Shown here in pieces: positions 9,406-19,790 of a stretch of DNA of 64,000 nt. A program made the position numbers and the translations under genes. Position 1 is the first letter of the stretch, and every line of letters begins with the position of its first letter. The notes below the pieces were generated by a model. That model made no database searches. It saw only the letters and a program-made list of their open reading frames with translations, and was not told where the DNA came from. Source of the DNA: Bacillota bacterium (GTDB lineage Bacteria > Bacillota > JAAYKD01); NCBI GenBank assembly GCA_963666425.2, contig OY762825.2, positions 992,001-1,056,000 of the forward strand, read 5' to 3'.

Positions 9406-10506
9406 TTAGCGCAGGATCATTAAGTCTCTGGGGAAGCCGGTGATGATCCGCGCTCCGCCGGCTGTCATGACGGCATCATCCTCGATTCGCACTCCACCCA
9501 ACCCTGGCAGATATATTCCGGGTTCGATCGTGAACGCATTGCCAATAACAAAGGGCGTTTGATTACCTTTGACCACATAGGGTTCTTCGTGCGTATCGAG
9601 GCCGAGACCATGACCGGAACGATGAATAAAATAAGCACCATAACCGGCAGCCGTTATTTTACCGCGCGCCAAGGCATCCAGTTCCTCTCCGGTCATGCCG
9701 GGCTTGCTGTTCTGGCGGGCATATTCCTGTGCTTCCTGCACAATCCGGTAGATCTTCTTCAATTCAGCCGGCAGTTCACCAATGGCAAAGGTTCTGGTAA
9801 TATCCGCCGTATAACCTTGATACTTGGCTACAATATCGAGAATGACGGTTTCTCCTTCAGCTAAGGCCTTATCTGAGGTAATCGCATGCGGTAAACAGCC
9901 GCGTTCACCGGAAATCACACTGCCACCGCCGCTGCCGCCAAAAGCTCGGATCGTTTTTTCCAAGAGAGCGGCTACTTCCAACTCCGTCACCCCGGGTTTC
10001 ATGGTTGCCTGCGCCGCTTTCAGCGCTTCTTCCACACAAATAACCGCTTTGCACATCAGTGAAACCTCTTCTTCTTCTTTCACACTGCGCATTTGGTTCA
10101 AAATCGAATCCAATGCTTTGATGCTGACCTGATTTTTCATGGCGGTCAAAATCAAATCCCATTCGAGCAAGCGCGTGCTGCGATATTCACAGGCAATCAC
10201 TTTCCCGCTTAAATGACTGGCGGTAAAGGCTGCTTCGCATGCTTTTTGCGGTCCCTCTTCATCTGTCCAGGGGAATATTTGCGCAATACCGGTGATGCGG
10301 CGGATTTTTTCCGCTTCCAACTGAGGGCAAACCACAAAAGGCTCTCCCTGCACAGGAAAAACTGCCATGGTGACCCGTTCGCTCAGGTTCATGGTCAAAC
10401 CGGTCAGATAGAAGAAATTGGAACCGGGAACGATGAGAGCGGCATCAAAACCAGACTGCTGTAGTAAGGAACGTAGTTTTTCCAGTCGATTGATCAATGA
10501 AAGCAA
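9406..10506 (-). CDS. Xaa-Pro peptidase (M24B, PepQ/PepP-like)
   Basis: Creatinase-like N domain; ADITRT, HRSGHGLGLDTHEEP, TIEPGIY, GVRIEDD. Confidence 0.93.
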   Translation of the reverse strand: MLSLINRLEKLRSLLQQSGFDAALIVPGSNFFYLTGLTMNLSERVTMAVFPVQGEPFVVCPQLEAEKIRRITGIAQIFPWTDEEGPQKACEAAFTASHLSGKVIACEYRSTRLLEWDLILTAMKNQVSIKALDSILNQMRSVKEEEEVSLMCKAVICVEEALKAAQATMKPGVTELEVAALLEKTIRAFGGSGGGSVISGERGCLPHAITSDKALAEGETVILDIVAKYQGYTADITRTFAIGELPAELKKIYRIVQEAQEYARQNSKPGMTGEELDALARGKITAAGYGAYFIHRSGHGLGLDTHEEPYVVKGNQTPFVIGNAFTIEPGIYLPGLGGVRIEDDAVMTAGGARIITGFPRDLMILR

Positions 10507-10542
10507 CTCCTTTTCAAATCATTCTATTTTAGAATTTCGCTG

Positions 10543-11325
10543 CTATGATAAGGAATCCTGCCGCTCTTTTGCATCCAAAGCCAGCGGTTTGCGCTTTTTA
10601 GCCCAAAATAAAATCAGGATGCCTAAAATGATCATGACAACGCTGAACACCTGTGCTGCTTTTAAGGGACCCAGCCATTCGCTGTCTGTGCGCAGCTGCT
10701 CGATGAAAAAGCGTCCGACCGAATACAAGATCAAATAACTGGCTGTCACGACCCCGGGCTGTTGCTTTCGCTCCCGCAGCATGGCATACAGAAAAGCAAA
10801 GAGCAAAATGTCCCAAATCGATTCATAGAGGAAGGTGGGATGACGGTATTCCCCTGCAATCAGCATTCCCCAGGGCAGTGTCGTAATACTGCCAAAGGCT
10901 TCCTGATTAAACCAGTTGCCCCAACGTCCGATGGCTTGCGCCAATGCCATACAGGGCATGGCCAAATCCAGGTAAGGCCAGATATTCGTCTTTCTGTAGC
11001 GAAAGTAAAAATACGCGGCTGCGATCCCCGCGATGATACCGCCATGAATCGCCAACCCCCCCTCCCAGATGCGGATGATCTCATTGGCATGACTGCCGTA
11101 ATAATCCAAATGAAAGAGGACATAGTAAATACGCGCTCCTAAAACGCCGCTGGGAATCGCCAGCAGAACCGCATCCAATAGATATTCCTCATTCAATCCG
11201 GAACGTCTGGCTTGGCGTAAGCCAATGATCAGCGCGAGGGCCATACCCAAAGCGATTAATACACCATACCAGCGGATCGAAAAATAAGCTGATTGAAACA
11301 AATAAGGACTGTTTGGAACCGGCAT
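10543..11325 (-). CDS. lgt: Prolipoprotein diacylglyceryl transferase
   Basis: IRWYG, GARIYYV, GGLAIHGG, QAIGRWGNWFNQEAFG, HPTFLYES. Confidence 0.96.
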   Translation of the reverse strand: MPVPNSPYLFQSAYFSIRWYGVLIALGMALALIIGLRQARRSGLNEEYLLDAVLLAIPSGVLGARIYYVLFHLDYYGSHANEIIRIWEGGLAIHGGIIAGIAAAYFYFRYRKTNIWPYLDLAMPCMALAQAIGRWGNWFNQEAFGSITTLPWGMLIAGEYRHPTFLYESIWDILLFAFLYAMLRERKQQPGVVTASYLILYSVGRFFIEQLRTDSEWLGPLKAAQVFSVVMIILGILILFWAKKRKPLALDAKERQDSLS

Positions 11326-11383
11326 CTCACCATCACCTTTCTTTATGAAAATTCCTGCCGCATACGCCATGCCAAAAAAACGT

Positions 11384-12721
11384 TTAGCCTGACACGGATT
11401 CTCTTTGCAGCCGTTCGGCCAAATCACGTCGCTGCTCCAAGCTATACTGCTCAGAAATCACTAATTCAATAATATCTTCAGCCAACTTGACCTCATCATG
11501 CCGAACATAATTCTGATACTTCAAATAATCATTTTGTACCACTTTTACCCCGAGTTTACTGATCGTGACAAGATCCGCTTCCACCGGCGCGCCGCCTTCT
11601 TTGGAATATGACTGCACCCATTTCTCGATGACTTGACCGGTATTGACGATGGCATAGTCCAGCACATTCCGATCCAAAAACTGCATGATTGTTTTTACAT
11701 AATCGGAAGCCTTATGATAATCGGTTTCTCCCGGCTGGACCATCATGTTGCAGACATAAATCGTCAGTGCCGCGCTGGCGGTAATTGCTTCGGAAATTCC
11801 TAATACCAACAGATTGGGAATGATGCTGGTATAGAGACTGCCCGGACCTAAAATGACAGCATCCGCCTCATGGATTGCCTTTAAAACTTCTGGCATAGAG
11901 CTGGGATGAGCAGGTTCCAGTCTGACGGTACGAATTTTGGCGTGAGCATGACCGATTGCTGATTCCCCGCGGATCAGCCGGCCATCCTGTGTTTCCGCCA
12001 CCAAGGTCACATTCTCCAACGTGGAAGGGAATACCTGACCCCCCACCGCCAAGACTTTAGAAGTTTCCTGCACTGCTTTTTCAAAATTCCCATCGTTGAC
12101 TGCAGTCATGGCAGCCAAAAATAGATTGCCGAAATTATGCCCGGCCAGACTGCCTTCGGTAAAACGATATTCAAACAATTGCTGCAGCGACGGCTCTGTA
12201 TTTGCCATCGCCAAGATACAGTTGCGAATATCGCCTGGCGGCAGTGTGCCCAATTCCTCACGCAGCCGACCGGAAGAACCACCGTCATCGGCCATGGTGA
12301 CAATGGCGGTCAAATTACTGGTATACTGCTTCAAACCGCGAATCAAGACAGATAAACCGGAACCACCGCCGATGACGACCAGTTTTGGTCCGCGCTTCAA
12401 TTGACGTTTCTGATAAAACAAATCGGCCAGATGCTGAGCGGAATCGGGCAGCATGATGGCGGTCACACTCTTCGCCAAGCGACGGGTGGCGTAGATGATC
12501 AGACCAAGTCCTGCGATCAGCAGCAAACCTCCCAAAGAAGGCCCAAAGCGCGTCCCGGTAATGCGATATAGAATCACTTGAATCTCGTCAGCATAGCGCT
12601 GAAAGTCTAAACCGAAAACGATGAAAGCACCGAAACCGATGAAACAGAAACCCAGCAGAATCAACACCAGCCAACGTTTCACCCGCATTCCGGGCAAAAA
12701 CCAACGACCGAAGCGTTTCAT
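11384..12721 (-). CDS. yvcK: YvcK/GlmR (UPF0052) gluconeogenesis factor with N-terminal TM extension
   Basis: IGGGSGLS, ADDGGSSGRLR, PPGDIRNC, GPGSLYTSI; adjacent to rapZ. Confidence 0.93.
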   Translation of the reverse strand: MKRFGRWFLPGMRVKRWLVLILLGFCFIGFGAFIVFGLDFQRYADEIQVILYRITGTRFGPSLGGLLLIAGLGLIIYATRRLAKSVTAIMLPDSAQHLADLFYQKRQLKRGPKLVVIGGGSGLSVLIRGLKQYTSNLTAIVTMADDGGSSGRLREELGTLPPGDIRNCILAMANTEPSLQQLFEYRFTEGSLAGHNFGNLFLAAMTAVNDGNFEKAVQETSKVLAVGGQVFPSTLENVTLVAETQDGRLIRGESAIGHAHAKIRTVRLEPAHPSSMPEVLKAIHEADAVILGPGSLYTSIIPNLLVLGISEAITASAALTIYVCNMMVQPGETDYHKASDYVKTIMQFLDRNVLDYAIVNTGQVIEKWVQSYSKEGGAPVEADLVTISKLGVKVVQNDYLKYQNYVRHDEVKLAEDIIELVISEQYSLEQRRDLAERLQRESVSG

Positions 12722-13626
12722 GGATTGATTTTATCCTCCGATTCTTCCGTATCTCTAAGCCTTTTTTTAACATCACGATGACTGACATCGACCGTATAGC
12801 CACGTAAACGCAGCTCATCAGCCAGTTTCTCTGCAACAGTGACCGAGCGATGACGTCCCCCTGTGCAGCCGATGGCAATCACCAGTTGATTCTTCCCTTC
12901 CAATTTATAATTGGGTAAGAGAAAATCCATCAGGTCCACTAATTTACTGAGGAACATGCGGCTGACCGGCCATTTCATCACATAATCGATCACACTGGCA
13001 TGCAGCCCGGTAAATTCTCGCAGATCTTCCACCCAATAGGGATTGGGCATAAAACGGACATCAAACAGCAAATCAGCATCCAGCGGCAGACCGAATTTAA
13101 AGCCGAATGAAACGATATGTACCAGCAACTGTGATTTCTCCTCTGGGTGCATGAATAAATTCTGCACTGTCTCCACCAATTGATGCGGTGTGAGATCGGA
13201 AGTATCAAGGATATGATTCGCTCGCCCTTTGAGAAAGCTGGTTTTGCTGCGTTCTTTTTCGATCCCTTCCAACAAACGGCCATTGGGCAACAGAGGGTGC
13301 GGACGGCGCGATTCTTTAAATCGGCGCACCAAAGCTTCGTCACTGGCATCCAGAAAGAGGATCTCATAGCGCACATCCTGCTTATCCAGTTGCTCTAAAG
13401 CAGCAAAGATCGAATAAAAATACTCACCGCCGCGGACATCGACACAAATCGCCGCCCTTCGGATATGCTGCGGCTCTTCATTGAGTAATTTCGTAAATTG
13501 CGGTAAAAGCGCCGGTGGTAAATTGTCGACACAAAAGAAATCCAAATCCTCCAAGGCATGCAAAGCAGAGGATTTCCCGGCTCCGGACATACCGGTTACG
13601 ATCAACAAAAAACGATCGTTCATCAT
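12718..13626 (-). CDS. rapZ: RNase adapter RapZ (YvcJ)
   Basis: TGMSGAGKS, CVDNLP, SFGFKFG, FDVRFMPNPY, GCTGGRHRSV. Confidence 0.96.
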   Translation of the reverse strand: MMNDRFLLIVTGMSGAGKSSALHALEDLDFFCVDNLPPALLPQFTKLLNEEPQHIRRAAICVDVRGGEYFYSIFAALEQLDKQDVRYEILFLDASDEALVRRFKESRRPHPLLPNGRLLEGIEKERSKTSFLKGRANHILDTSDLTPHQLVETVQNLFMHPEEKSQLLVHIVSFGFKFGLPLDADLLFDVRFMPNPYWVEDLREFTGLHASVIDYVMKWPVSRMFLSKLVDLMDFLLPNYKLEGKNQLVIAIGCTGGRHRSVTVAEKLADELRLRGYTVDVSHRDVKKRLRDTEESEDKINP

Positions 13627-13828
13627 ACAGCCTCCTATATCATTCAAAGAGCTTCCAGATTATCAGGATCCAGCGATGGGAAACAGACCGTCTTGCACTT
13701 ATTCGCCACTCGGCAGAAAATATCCTTATCCTGAAAGAGAAATTTCCAAAAGGTTTCACGAGCGATTCGATTGAATCTGTGATATAATCGTTTTGGTTCA
13801 TCGCATCTTGAATGCTAGGAGGAAAAGC

Positions 13829-15079
13829 ATGGAATTATTCTGGAATGGCAACAATTGGTCTCTGCAATTGGATGCTCTGATTGCACTTGGTATCTCAATG
13901 CTGCTTTTTCTGTTTGGCAAAAAAATAGGCCGATGGTTCCCGGTCATCGGCCGCTCTTATATTCCAGCGTCCGTCATCGGAGGAGTGCTTTTCGCAATCA
14001 TCAATTTCATCGGCTACCAAACCGATTTTTTCACGCTCAGTTTTGATACCGGCGTGCAAATTCCAGCCATGGGTGGCTTTTTCGCCTGCATCGGCTTGAA
14101 TTTAGCTTTCAGCAAACAGGCCAAGTTGGAACGCAATTTGTTGATTTATTGGTTGCTCTGCATCCTGACCATCTTAGGACAAAATCTGCTCGGTGTCGCT
14201 TTGGCAGCGCTCTTCCGCTTGCCTCTTTTTCTGGGCGTTTTAGCCGGTTCAGCTTCCCTGGTAGGTGGTTATGGTCTGGCCGCTTCCATCGGCCCCGCCG
14301 CTGCAAACCTCGGGCTGGTTGGTGCGTCGGAAATTGGCATTGCTTCCGCTACCTTCGGCTTAATTGCCGGCGCTTTCACCGGCGGCCCCTTCGCCAGGTT
14401 CCTCAACCAGCGTTATCATGTGATAGAAAAACAAGCTGCACCAGCTGTTTTTTACAATCAATCGTCCGGTCAGCGGGAGCAGCGCCAACCAGGTGACGAA
14501 ATGCTGCATTTCACCATCAATTCCTTTCTGCTGCATACGGTGCTGCTCAGCTTTATTCTGGCTGTCAGCGCCGCCACGGTACCGATTTTGGAAAAATTCT
14601 TCCCCGGACTGACCATTCCCACCTCGGTTTCTGCGATGATCATCGGTATGCTGGTTGGCTATCTGATCAAACTCGACGGCAAATTTCCATTAAACCAGGC
14701 CATTCTCAATTTATACAGTGAACTTTTTCTGGCTATTTTTCTGACCATGGCGGCCATGTCACTGCAACTCTGGGAACTCTCCAGCCTGGCTTTACCACTG
14801 CTGGTCATCCTCGTCTGCCAGGTTTTATTTACCTTTCTCTTCTGTTATTTTGTGACCTTCCCCGTCATGGGTAAAAACTATGAAGCGCTTGTGATGTGCT
14901 CCGGTATGATCGGCCATGTCTTAGGCGCCACCCCCAACGCGATGGCCAACATGGAAGCGATCACTTCCCAACACGGTCCTGCCGACCAGGCAAATTTCAT
15001 CGTTCCGATGGCAGGCGGTTTTATGGGAGATATGGTGAACGTTCCGCTGGTCATGTTGCTTTTGAATTTGTTAACCTAA
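13829..15079 (+). CDS. Sodium/glutamate symporter family (GltS-like, divergent)
   Basis: IPASVIGG, ASATFGLIAG..GGP, LQLWEL, LGATPNAMANM; many TM helices. Confidence 0.85.
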   Translation: MELFWNGNNWSLQLDALIALGISMLLFLFGKKIGRWFPVIGRSYIPASVIGGVLFAIINFIGYQTDFFTLSFDTGVQIPAMGGFFACIGLNLAFSKQAKLERNLLIYWLLCILTILGQNLLGVALAALFRLPLFLGVLAGSASLVGGYGLAASIGPAAANLGLVGASEIGIASATFGLIAGAFTGGPFARFLNQRYHVIEKQAAPAVFYNQSSGQREQRQPGDEMLHFTINSFLLHTVLLSFILAVSAATVPILEKFFPGLTIPTSVSAMIIGMLVGYLIKLDGKFPLNQAILNLYSELFLAIFLTMAAMSLQLWELSSLALPLLVILVCQVLFTFLFCYFVTFPVMGKNYEALVMCSGMIGHVLGATPNAMANMEAITSQHGPADQANFIVPMAGGFMGDMVNVPLVMLLLNLLT

Positions 15080-15213
15080 AATTGAAAAAAGGTGCAAAAT
15101 TCCTGCTTTCCCGGGCAGCGATGAGCTCTTTTCTTAAAGGAGCCGGGCAAAGCGCCGGCGAAATAAAGTCTTGATAAATAGGTTTCCATACGATAAAAGG
15201 AGATGGCAGATCA

Positions 15214-16098
15214 ATGGGTAATGTAAAACTGTTTTGGATCGATGAGAAGAAAATGGAAGAGCTGCGCATGGAAGACATTGCCTTAAATGAAGAGCAAAAA
15301 AACTTGATTGAACAGAACATCAGTACGATGTTTGGTTTACGCTTGATCACCGGCGATTACCAGATGAGCGACAGCCATGCCTTAGCCATTGATACTTTGG
15401 CCTTAGATGCCAATGATCACCCTGTCATCATCTACTACCGCCGTCCTTATGTAACCGACACCGTCAATCGCGGCTTAAGCGCCATGGCTTGGCTGCATTC
15501 GCACCACAGTGAATTTCAGCTGTTGGTCATGCATCATCTGGGTCAGGAAGCGGCCAACCGCATCCAATGGCTGCAGCCGCGCCTCTTCTGCCTCAGCGAT
15601 GAATATACCCAATATGAATTGAACGCAGCCGCTCTGACCAGAATCTCTACAGAATTAATCCGGTATTGTTTTTACGGTGAGAATTTATTGCTGATCGAAC
15701 GTCTCGCTCTGCCGGAAGCAAGCGACCGGGAAAATCCGTTTCAAGCCCAACTCGACCGCTATTTGGCCAACGCCAGCCTGCCCGTGCAGCAGCTCTATCA
15801 GGAGTTCGTCAGCTTGATTGACAGTCAGGGTAATGACGCGAATGTCAGCTGGCAAATGGATTCGATTGCCTGGGCTAGGTTACGCAATTTCGCTGTGCTG
15901 CAGGCCCAGAATGATACCTTACATATTTACCTCAATCTGCCTTTGGAGGCTGTCAGTATTGAAGAAATGCAATATGACTTTGTGCATAACAACAAACTCA
16001 ATGAATTGACTTTTGGCAGCATCGAATTGACCATCCGAACTTCGGAAGAACTGATGCTGAGCAGCGATTTGATCGTCCGCGCCTATAAATATAACTAA
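15214..16098 (+). CDS. PD-(D/E)xK-fold (NucS/DUF91-like) plus DUF5655-like domain protein, catalytic motif degenerate
   Basis: EEQKNLIEQN..MFG, IDTLALDANDHPVIIYYRR (family usually IDTLGLD..PVIIEYKR), I.W.QPRLFC. Confidence 0.65.
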   Translation: MGNVKLFWIDEKKMEELRMEDIALNEEQKNLIEQNISTMFGLRLITGDYQMSDSHALAIDTLALDANDHPVIIYYRRPYVTDTVNRGLSAMAWLHSHHSEFQLLVMHHLGQEAANRIQWLQPRLFCLSDEYTQYELNAAALTRISTELIRYCFYGENLLLIERLALPEASDRENPFQAQLDRYLANASLPVQQLYQEFVSLIDSQGNDANVSWQMDSIAWARLRNFAVLQAQNDTLHIYLNLPLEAVSIEEMQYDFVHNNKLNELTFGSIELTIRTSEELMLSSDLIVRAYKYN

Positions 16099-16140
16099 AG
16101 AACAGCACTTCGGAATTTCAAAAACCTGATTTTTTAGCCA

Positions 16141-16190
16141 AAATACCCCTGCCGCTGTCGTGTTATAACGACAACAGCAGGGATATTTTT
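16141..16190. terminator. Bidirectional terminator between convergent genes
   Basis: AAAATACCCCTGCCGCTGTCGT...ACGACAACAGCAGGGATATTTT. Confidence 0.65.
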
Positions 16191-16263
16191 CTTATTCAAT
16201 GGTATCCTTAGCGAAAAACCGCAGGCTTGCCGCTTTTTCTCTGTCATTGGCGACGGCTCAAGC

Positions 16264-18621
16264 CTAGATTTCCTGAGCTGTGCGGGAAATGATCTCTTCC
16301 TGATGAAATTTATCCAGGTTGACAAAGTAATCGCTGTATCCCGCCACCCGCACCAGCAAATCACGATATTCAGCGGGCTTCGCCTGCGCCTTGCGCAGCG
16401 TTTCGGTATCGACCACATTGAACTGAATGTGATGCCCGCCCAAACGGAAATAAGTGCGCACCAGCTGCGTCAATTTTGTAATTCCCTCTTCGCCGGCCAA
16501 AGCCGAGGGCAGGAAGCGCTGGTTGAGCAGAGTGCCGCCGGTCAGGCTCTGGTCCATTTTACCTAAGGATTTCACAACAGCGGTTGGACCGTTGCGGTCC
16601 GCGCCATGCGAGGGAGAAGTACCGTCCGATTCCGGCAGCAGAGCAAGACGGCCGTCCGGTGTCGCTCCCAGCATCTTGCCAAAATAAACATGGCAGGTGG
16701 TGGAAAGCATATTGAGATGATAAGTAGCGCCTTTGGTGCTGCTGCGGCCTTCGATGTTCTGAATAAGAGAAGCAAAAACGCGCTGCATCAGCGAATCCGC
16801 CGCGTCCTCATCATTGCCGAAGAAAGGCGTTTTATTGAGCAGGTATTGGCGCAGGGGTTCTTCCTCGGCAAAGTTCTGCGCTAACGCTGTCAGCAGCTGT
16901 GCCATGGAAATGGTTTTCTCTTCAAATACATGCTTTTTCAGTGCCGACAAACTATCCGTGATGGTACCGGTGCCACAGCATTGGATATAGGTCGTGTTAT
17001 ATTTAGGCCCGCCATCGTAATAATCGTGTCCGCTTTCAATACAGCCGTCCATTAAAACAGAAAGAAACGTCGCCGGTGCAAAACGCCTGTAGAGATACTC
17101 CAAATAGTTATTAATCTTGATCTTTGTATTCACAACAAATTCCAATTGCCGTTCAAAAGCAGCATACAAGGCTTCGAAATCAGCAAACTTTGTTGCATCG
17201 CCGGTTTTCAGACCGATTGTCTTACCGGTCAAGGGGTCGACCCCGTTGTTCAGCACCAATTCTAAAATTTTCGGCACATTCAGATAACCGGTCAGCAGAT
17301 AAGCTTCTTTACCGAAACAACCGGTTTCGATACAGCCGCTGTTGCCGCCTTCTCTGGCATCTTCGATACTCTTGCCGGCTCTGACCTGTTCCATTACAAC
17401 CTGATCGGTGTTAAAAATGGAAGGATAACCATAGCCTTTGCGAATAATCTTCGCCGCTGTTTTCAGAAAATGTTCCGGCGTCCTGGCGCTGATCTGCACA
17501 TTGCATTGCGGCTGCAGCAGATGCAGCTCCTCGAAGACTTCCAGCAGCAGATAGGAAACCTCGCTGACCCCGTCGCTGCCGTCGCGATGCAGGCCACCGA
17601 TATTGATATTGACAAAATCGTTATAGGTACCGCTCTCCAGGGCAGTTACGCCAACTTTCGGCGGAGCGGGGTGATTGTTGAATTTAATCCAGAGGCACGC
17701 CAGCAATTCCTTGGCTTGTTCTCTGGTTAAAGAACCTTCTGCAATTCCTTTTTCATAAAACGGCGTCAGATGCTGATCCAGGTGTCCCGGACTCATCGCG
17801 TCCCAACCATTCATTTCGGTAATGGTGCCAAGATGCACAAACCAATACATCTGCAGCGCTTCCTGAAAGTCACGCGGCGCCTCGGCCGGAACCCGATGGC
17901 AGACTTGCGCGATTTTCAGCAATTCCGCTTGCCGCTTGGTATCCTGACAAACGGCCGCCATGGCTTCTGCCCGTTCGGCATGCCGTTCGGCAAAGCGGAT
18001 CACAGCCCGGCAGCTGATGATCATGGCTTTCCATTCTTCATTTTTACTGCCAGCCTCCGGATCTTCCAGCCAATCCAGCTTACTTTGCGCCAGCTCAATG
18101 GCGCGGATAAAATCCAACATGCCTTTTTGATAGATTTTACCGTCCAGAGACGTATGGCCTGGTGCTCTTTGCTCCATAAATTCTGTGAATAAACCAGCCT
18201 CATACAGCGATTTCCAGGTCGTATCGATTTCGGCAAAGGCTTTGTCACGCATACTGCGCCCGCGCCAATAAGGGATAATTTCTTCTTCATATAACTGACG
18301 GTCCTGTGCTGTGACCTTATAACTCGCCATTTCGCGGGAATTGAGAATATCCAAATCCTCTAGGGAATGACAAGTCAGTTCCGGAAAGGAAGGCACGACG
18401 GCGGGAGCGCTGCCCCGTTCGCCGACAATCAACTCATCTTCGCCAAAATAAATGGTCTTTTGATCGCATAAGTGATAAAAATTCATCGCCCGCATCACGG
18501 GAACAGAATACTTGCCGTCATTCGCTTTATAAAAATCAGTCACCAATTTCGCCCGTTCCGCTGAAAAAGCAGGCTGTGCCTCGCGGCTGAGCTGACGCAA
18601 GCGTGCAATGCGTTCATTCAT
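16264..18621 (-). CDS. hypD: Glycyl radical enzyme, trans-4-hydroxy-L-proline dehydratase
   Basis: FTEFMEQRAPGH, WDA, PAPPKVG..ESGTYNDF, SGCIETG (Cys loop), TTCH, RVAGYS (Gly radical); matches C. difficile HypD active-site segments as recalled. Confidence 0.9.
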   Translation of the reverse strand: MNERIARLRQLSREAQPAFSAERAKLVTDFYKANDGKYSVPVMRAMNFYHLCDQKTIYFGEDELIVGERGSAPAVVPSFPELTCHSLEDLDILNSREMASYKVTAQDRQLYEEEIIPYWRGRSMRDKAFAEIDTTWKSLYEAGLFTEFMEQRAPGHTSLDGKIYQKGMLDFIRAIELAQSKLDWLEDPEAGSKNEEWKAMIISCRAVIRFAERHAERAEAMAAVCQDTKRQAELLKIAQVCHRVPAEAPRDFQEALQMYWFVHLGTITEMNGWDAMSPGHLDQHLTPFYEKGIAEGSLTREQAKELLACLWIKFNNHPAPPKVGVTALESGTYNDFVNINIGGLHRDGSDGVSEVSYLLLEVFEELHLLQPQCNVQISARTPEHFLKTAAKIIRKGYGYPSIFNTDQVVMEQVRAGKSIEDAREGGNSGCIETGCFGKEAYLLTGYLNVPKILELVLNNGVDPLTGKTIGLKTGDATKFADFEALYAAFERQLEFVVNTKIKINNYLEYLYRRFAPATFLSVLMDGCIESGHDYYDGGPKYNTTYIQCCGTGTITDSLSALKKHVFEEKTISMAQLLTALAQNFAEEEPLRQYLLNKTPFFGNDEDAADSLMQRVFASLIQNIEGRSSTKGATYHLNMLSTTCHVYFGKMLGATPDGRLALLPESDGTSPSHGADRNGPTAVVKSLGKMDQSLTGGTLLNQRFLPSALAGEEGITKLTQLVRTYFRLGGHHIQFNVVDTETLRKAQAKPAEYRDLLVRVAGYSDYFVNLDKFHQEEIISRTAQEI

Positions 18622-18685
18622 AAAAAAAATCCCTCTTTTCATTCTGTTAGATACTGCTCGGTGCTGCAGCGCCGGTTTGATTCAA

Positions 18686-19561
18686 TTAAACGATACTGCT
18701 CACCTGTAAACCAAAACTGCGCAGCAGGAGGACAGCTGCTTCCATCTCTGCTGCCGTCGGAATGGCTGTTTCGCTCAATTGGTAGGTGCGGCCTAATTTC
18801 TGATACTTACTCTTTTGCATTTGATGGAAGGGAAGCAGGTTTACCGGCCAACTGCCGCCGGTTGCAGCGAGGAATTTTCCCATCGCCTGCAAATTCTCTT
18901 CCGCGTTATTGATGCCGGGAATCAATGGCATTCTGACGATACCATGCTGGCCCGACCGGATCAGTTTCGTCAGGTTAGCCAGAATTAGTTCGTTCCCTAC
19001 CCCGGTATATTTTTTATGCTGCTCGCTGTCCATGATTTTTAGATCATAGAGGAATAAATCGGTTTCGGCAGCAATCGGCTGCAGCACTTCCCAAGCCGCA
19101 AAACCACTGGTGTCCACTGCCCGGTGAATGCCTTCTTTGCCGCAGGTTTGCAGCAGTTCCAGCAGAAAATCCGGTTGACAGAGCGGCTCTCCGCCGGAAA
19201 ACGTCACACCGCCGCCGGATTGATCGTAGAATAAGAGATCACGGCGGATTTTTTGCATCACTTCGCTTGTTGTTTGGATCGAACCTGCCATCACGCGTCC
19301 CTGCGCCGGGCAAATTTCTGCACAGGCGCCGCACTGCTGGCAGGTATCCGTTTCACCTAAACTGACAGGACAAACCGTCAGGCAGCGCCCACAGCTGATA
19401 CATAGCTCAGGTTGGCGCATCAACTCTGCCGCAAACGATTGACTCTCCGGATTGTGACACCACTGACAGCGTAAGGGACAGCCTTTGAAAAAAACAGTGG
19501 TCCGAATCCCGGGACCGTCCTGTGTTGAATAGCGACGAATATCAAAAACCAGACCTTCCAT
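18686..19561 (-). CDS. Glycyl-radical activating enzyme (radical SAM with ferredoxin insert), HypD activase
   Basis: DGPGIRTTVFFKGCPLRCQWCHNPES, two CxxCxxC clusters, GGVTFSGGEP; directly upstream of hypD. Confidence 0.93.
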   Translation of the reverse strand: MEGLVFDIRRYSTQDGPGIRTTVFFKGCPLRCQWCHNPESQSFAAELMRQPELCISCGRCLTVCPVSLGETDTCQQCGACAEICPAQGRVMAGSIQTTSEVMQKIRRDLLFYDQSGGGVTFSGGEPLCQPDFLLELLQTCGKEGIHRAVDTSGFAAWEVLQPIAAETDLFLYDLKIMDSEQHKKYTGVGNELILANLTKLIRSGQHGIVRMPLIPGINNAEENLQAMGKFLAATGGSWPVNLLPFHQMQKSKYQKLGRTYQLSETAIPTAAEMEAAVLLLRSFGLQVSSIV

Positions 19562-19790
19562 GCCATTACCTCGCTTATTGAAATAAAATAAAAAAACGAG
19601 TAAATATCTGTATCTGCAGTGATTCTCGTTTTGCATCGCTTGTTTATTTCGCTGTTTTCAATGGAAATCCTGCCGCCGCAGCGGCAGCAAAATGTACAAT
19701 GTCAAGTAAGAAGAAGGATTTTTCCCTGTTTGACCGAACATGAAAAGAGTAAGGTCATTCAAATTCAGACAAAGAAAGGGATGCAATCAA

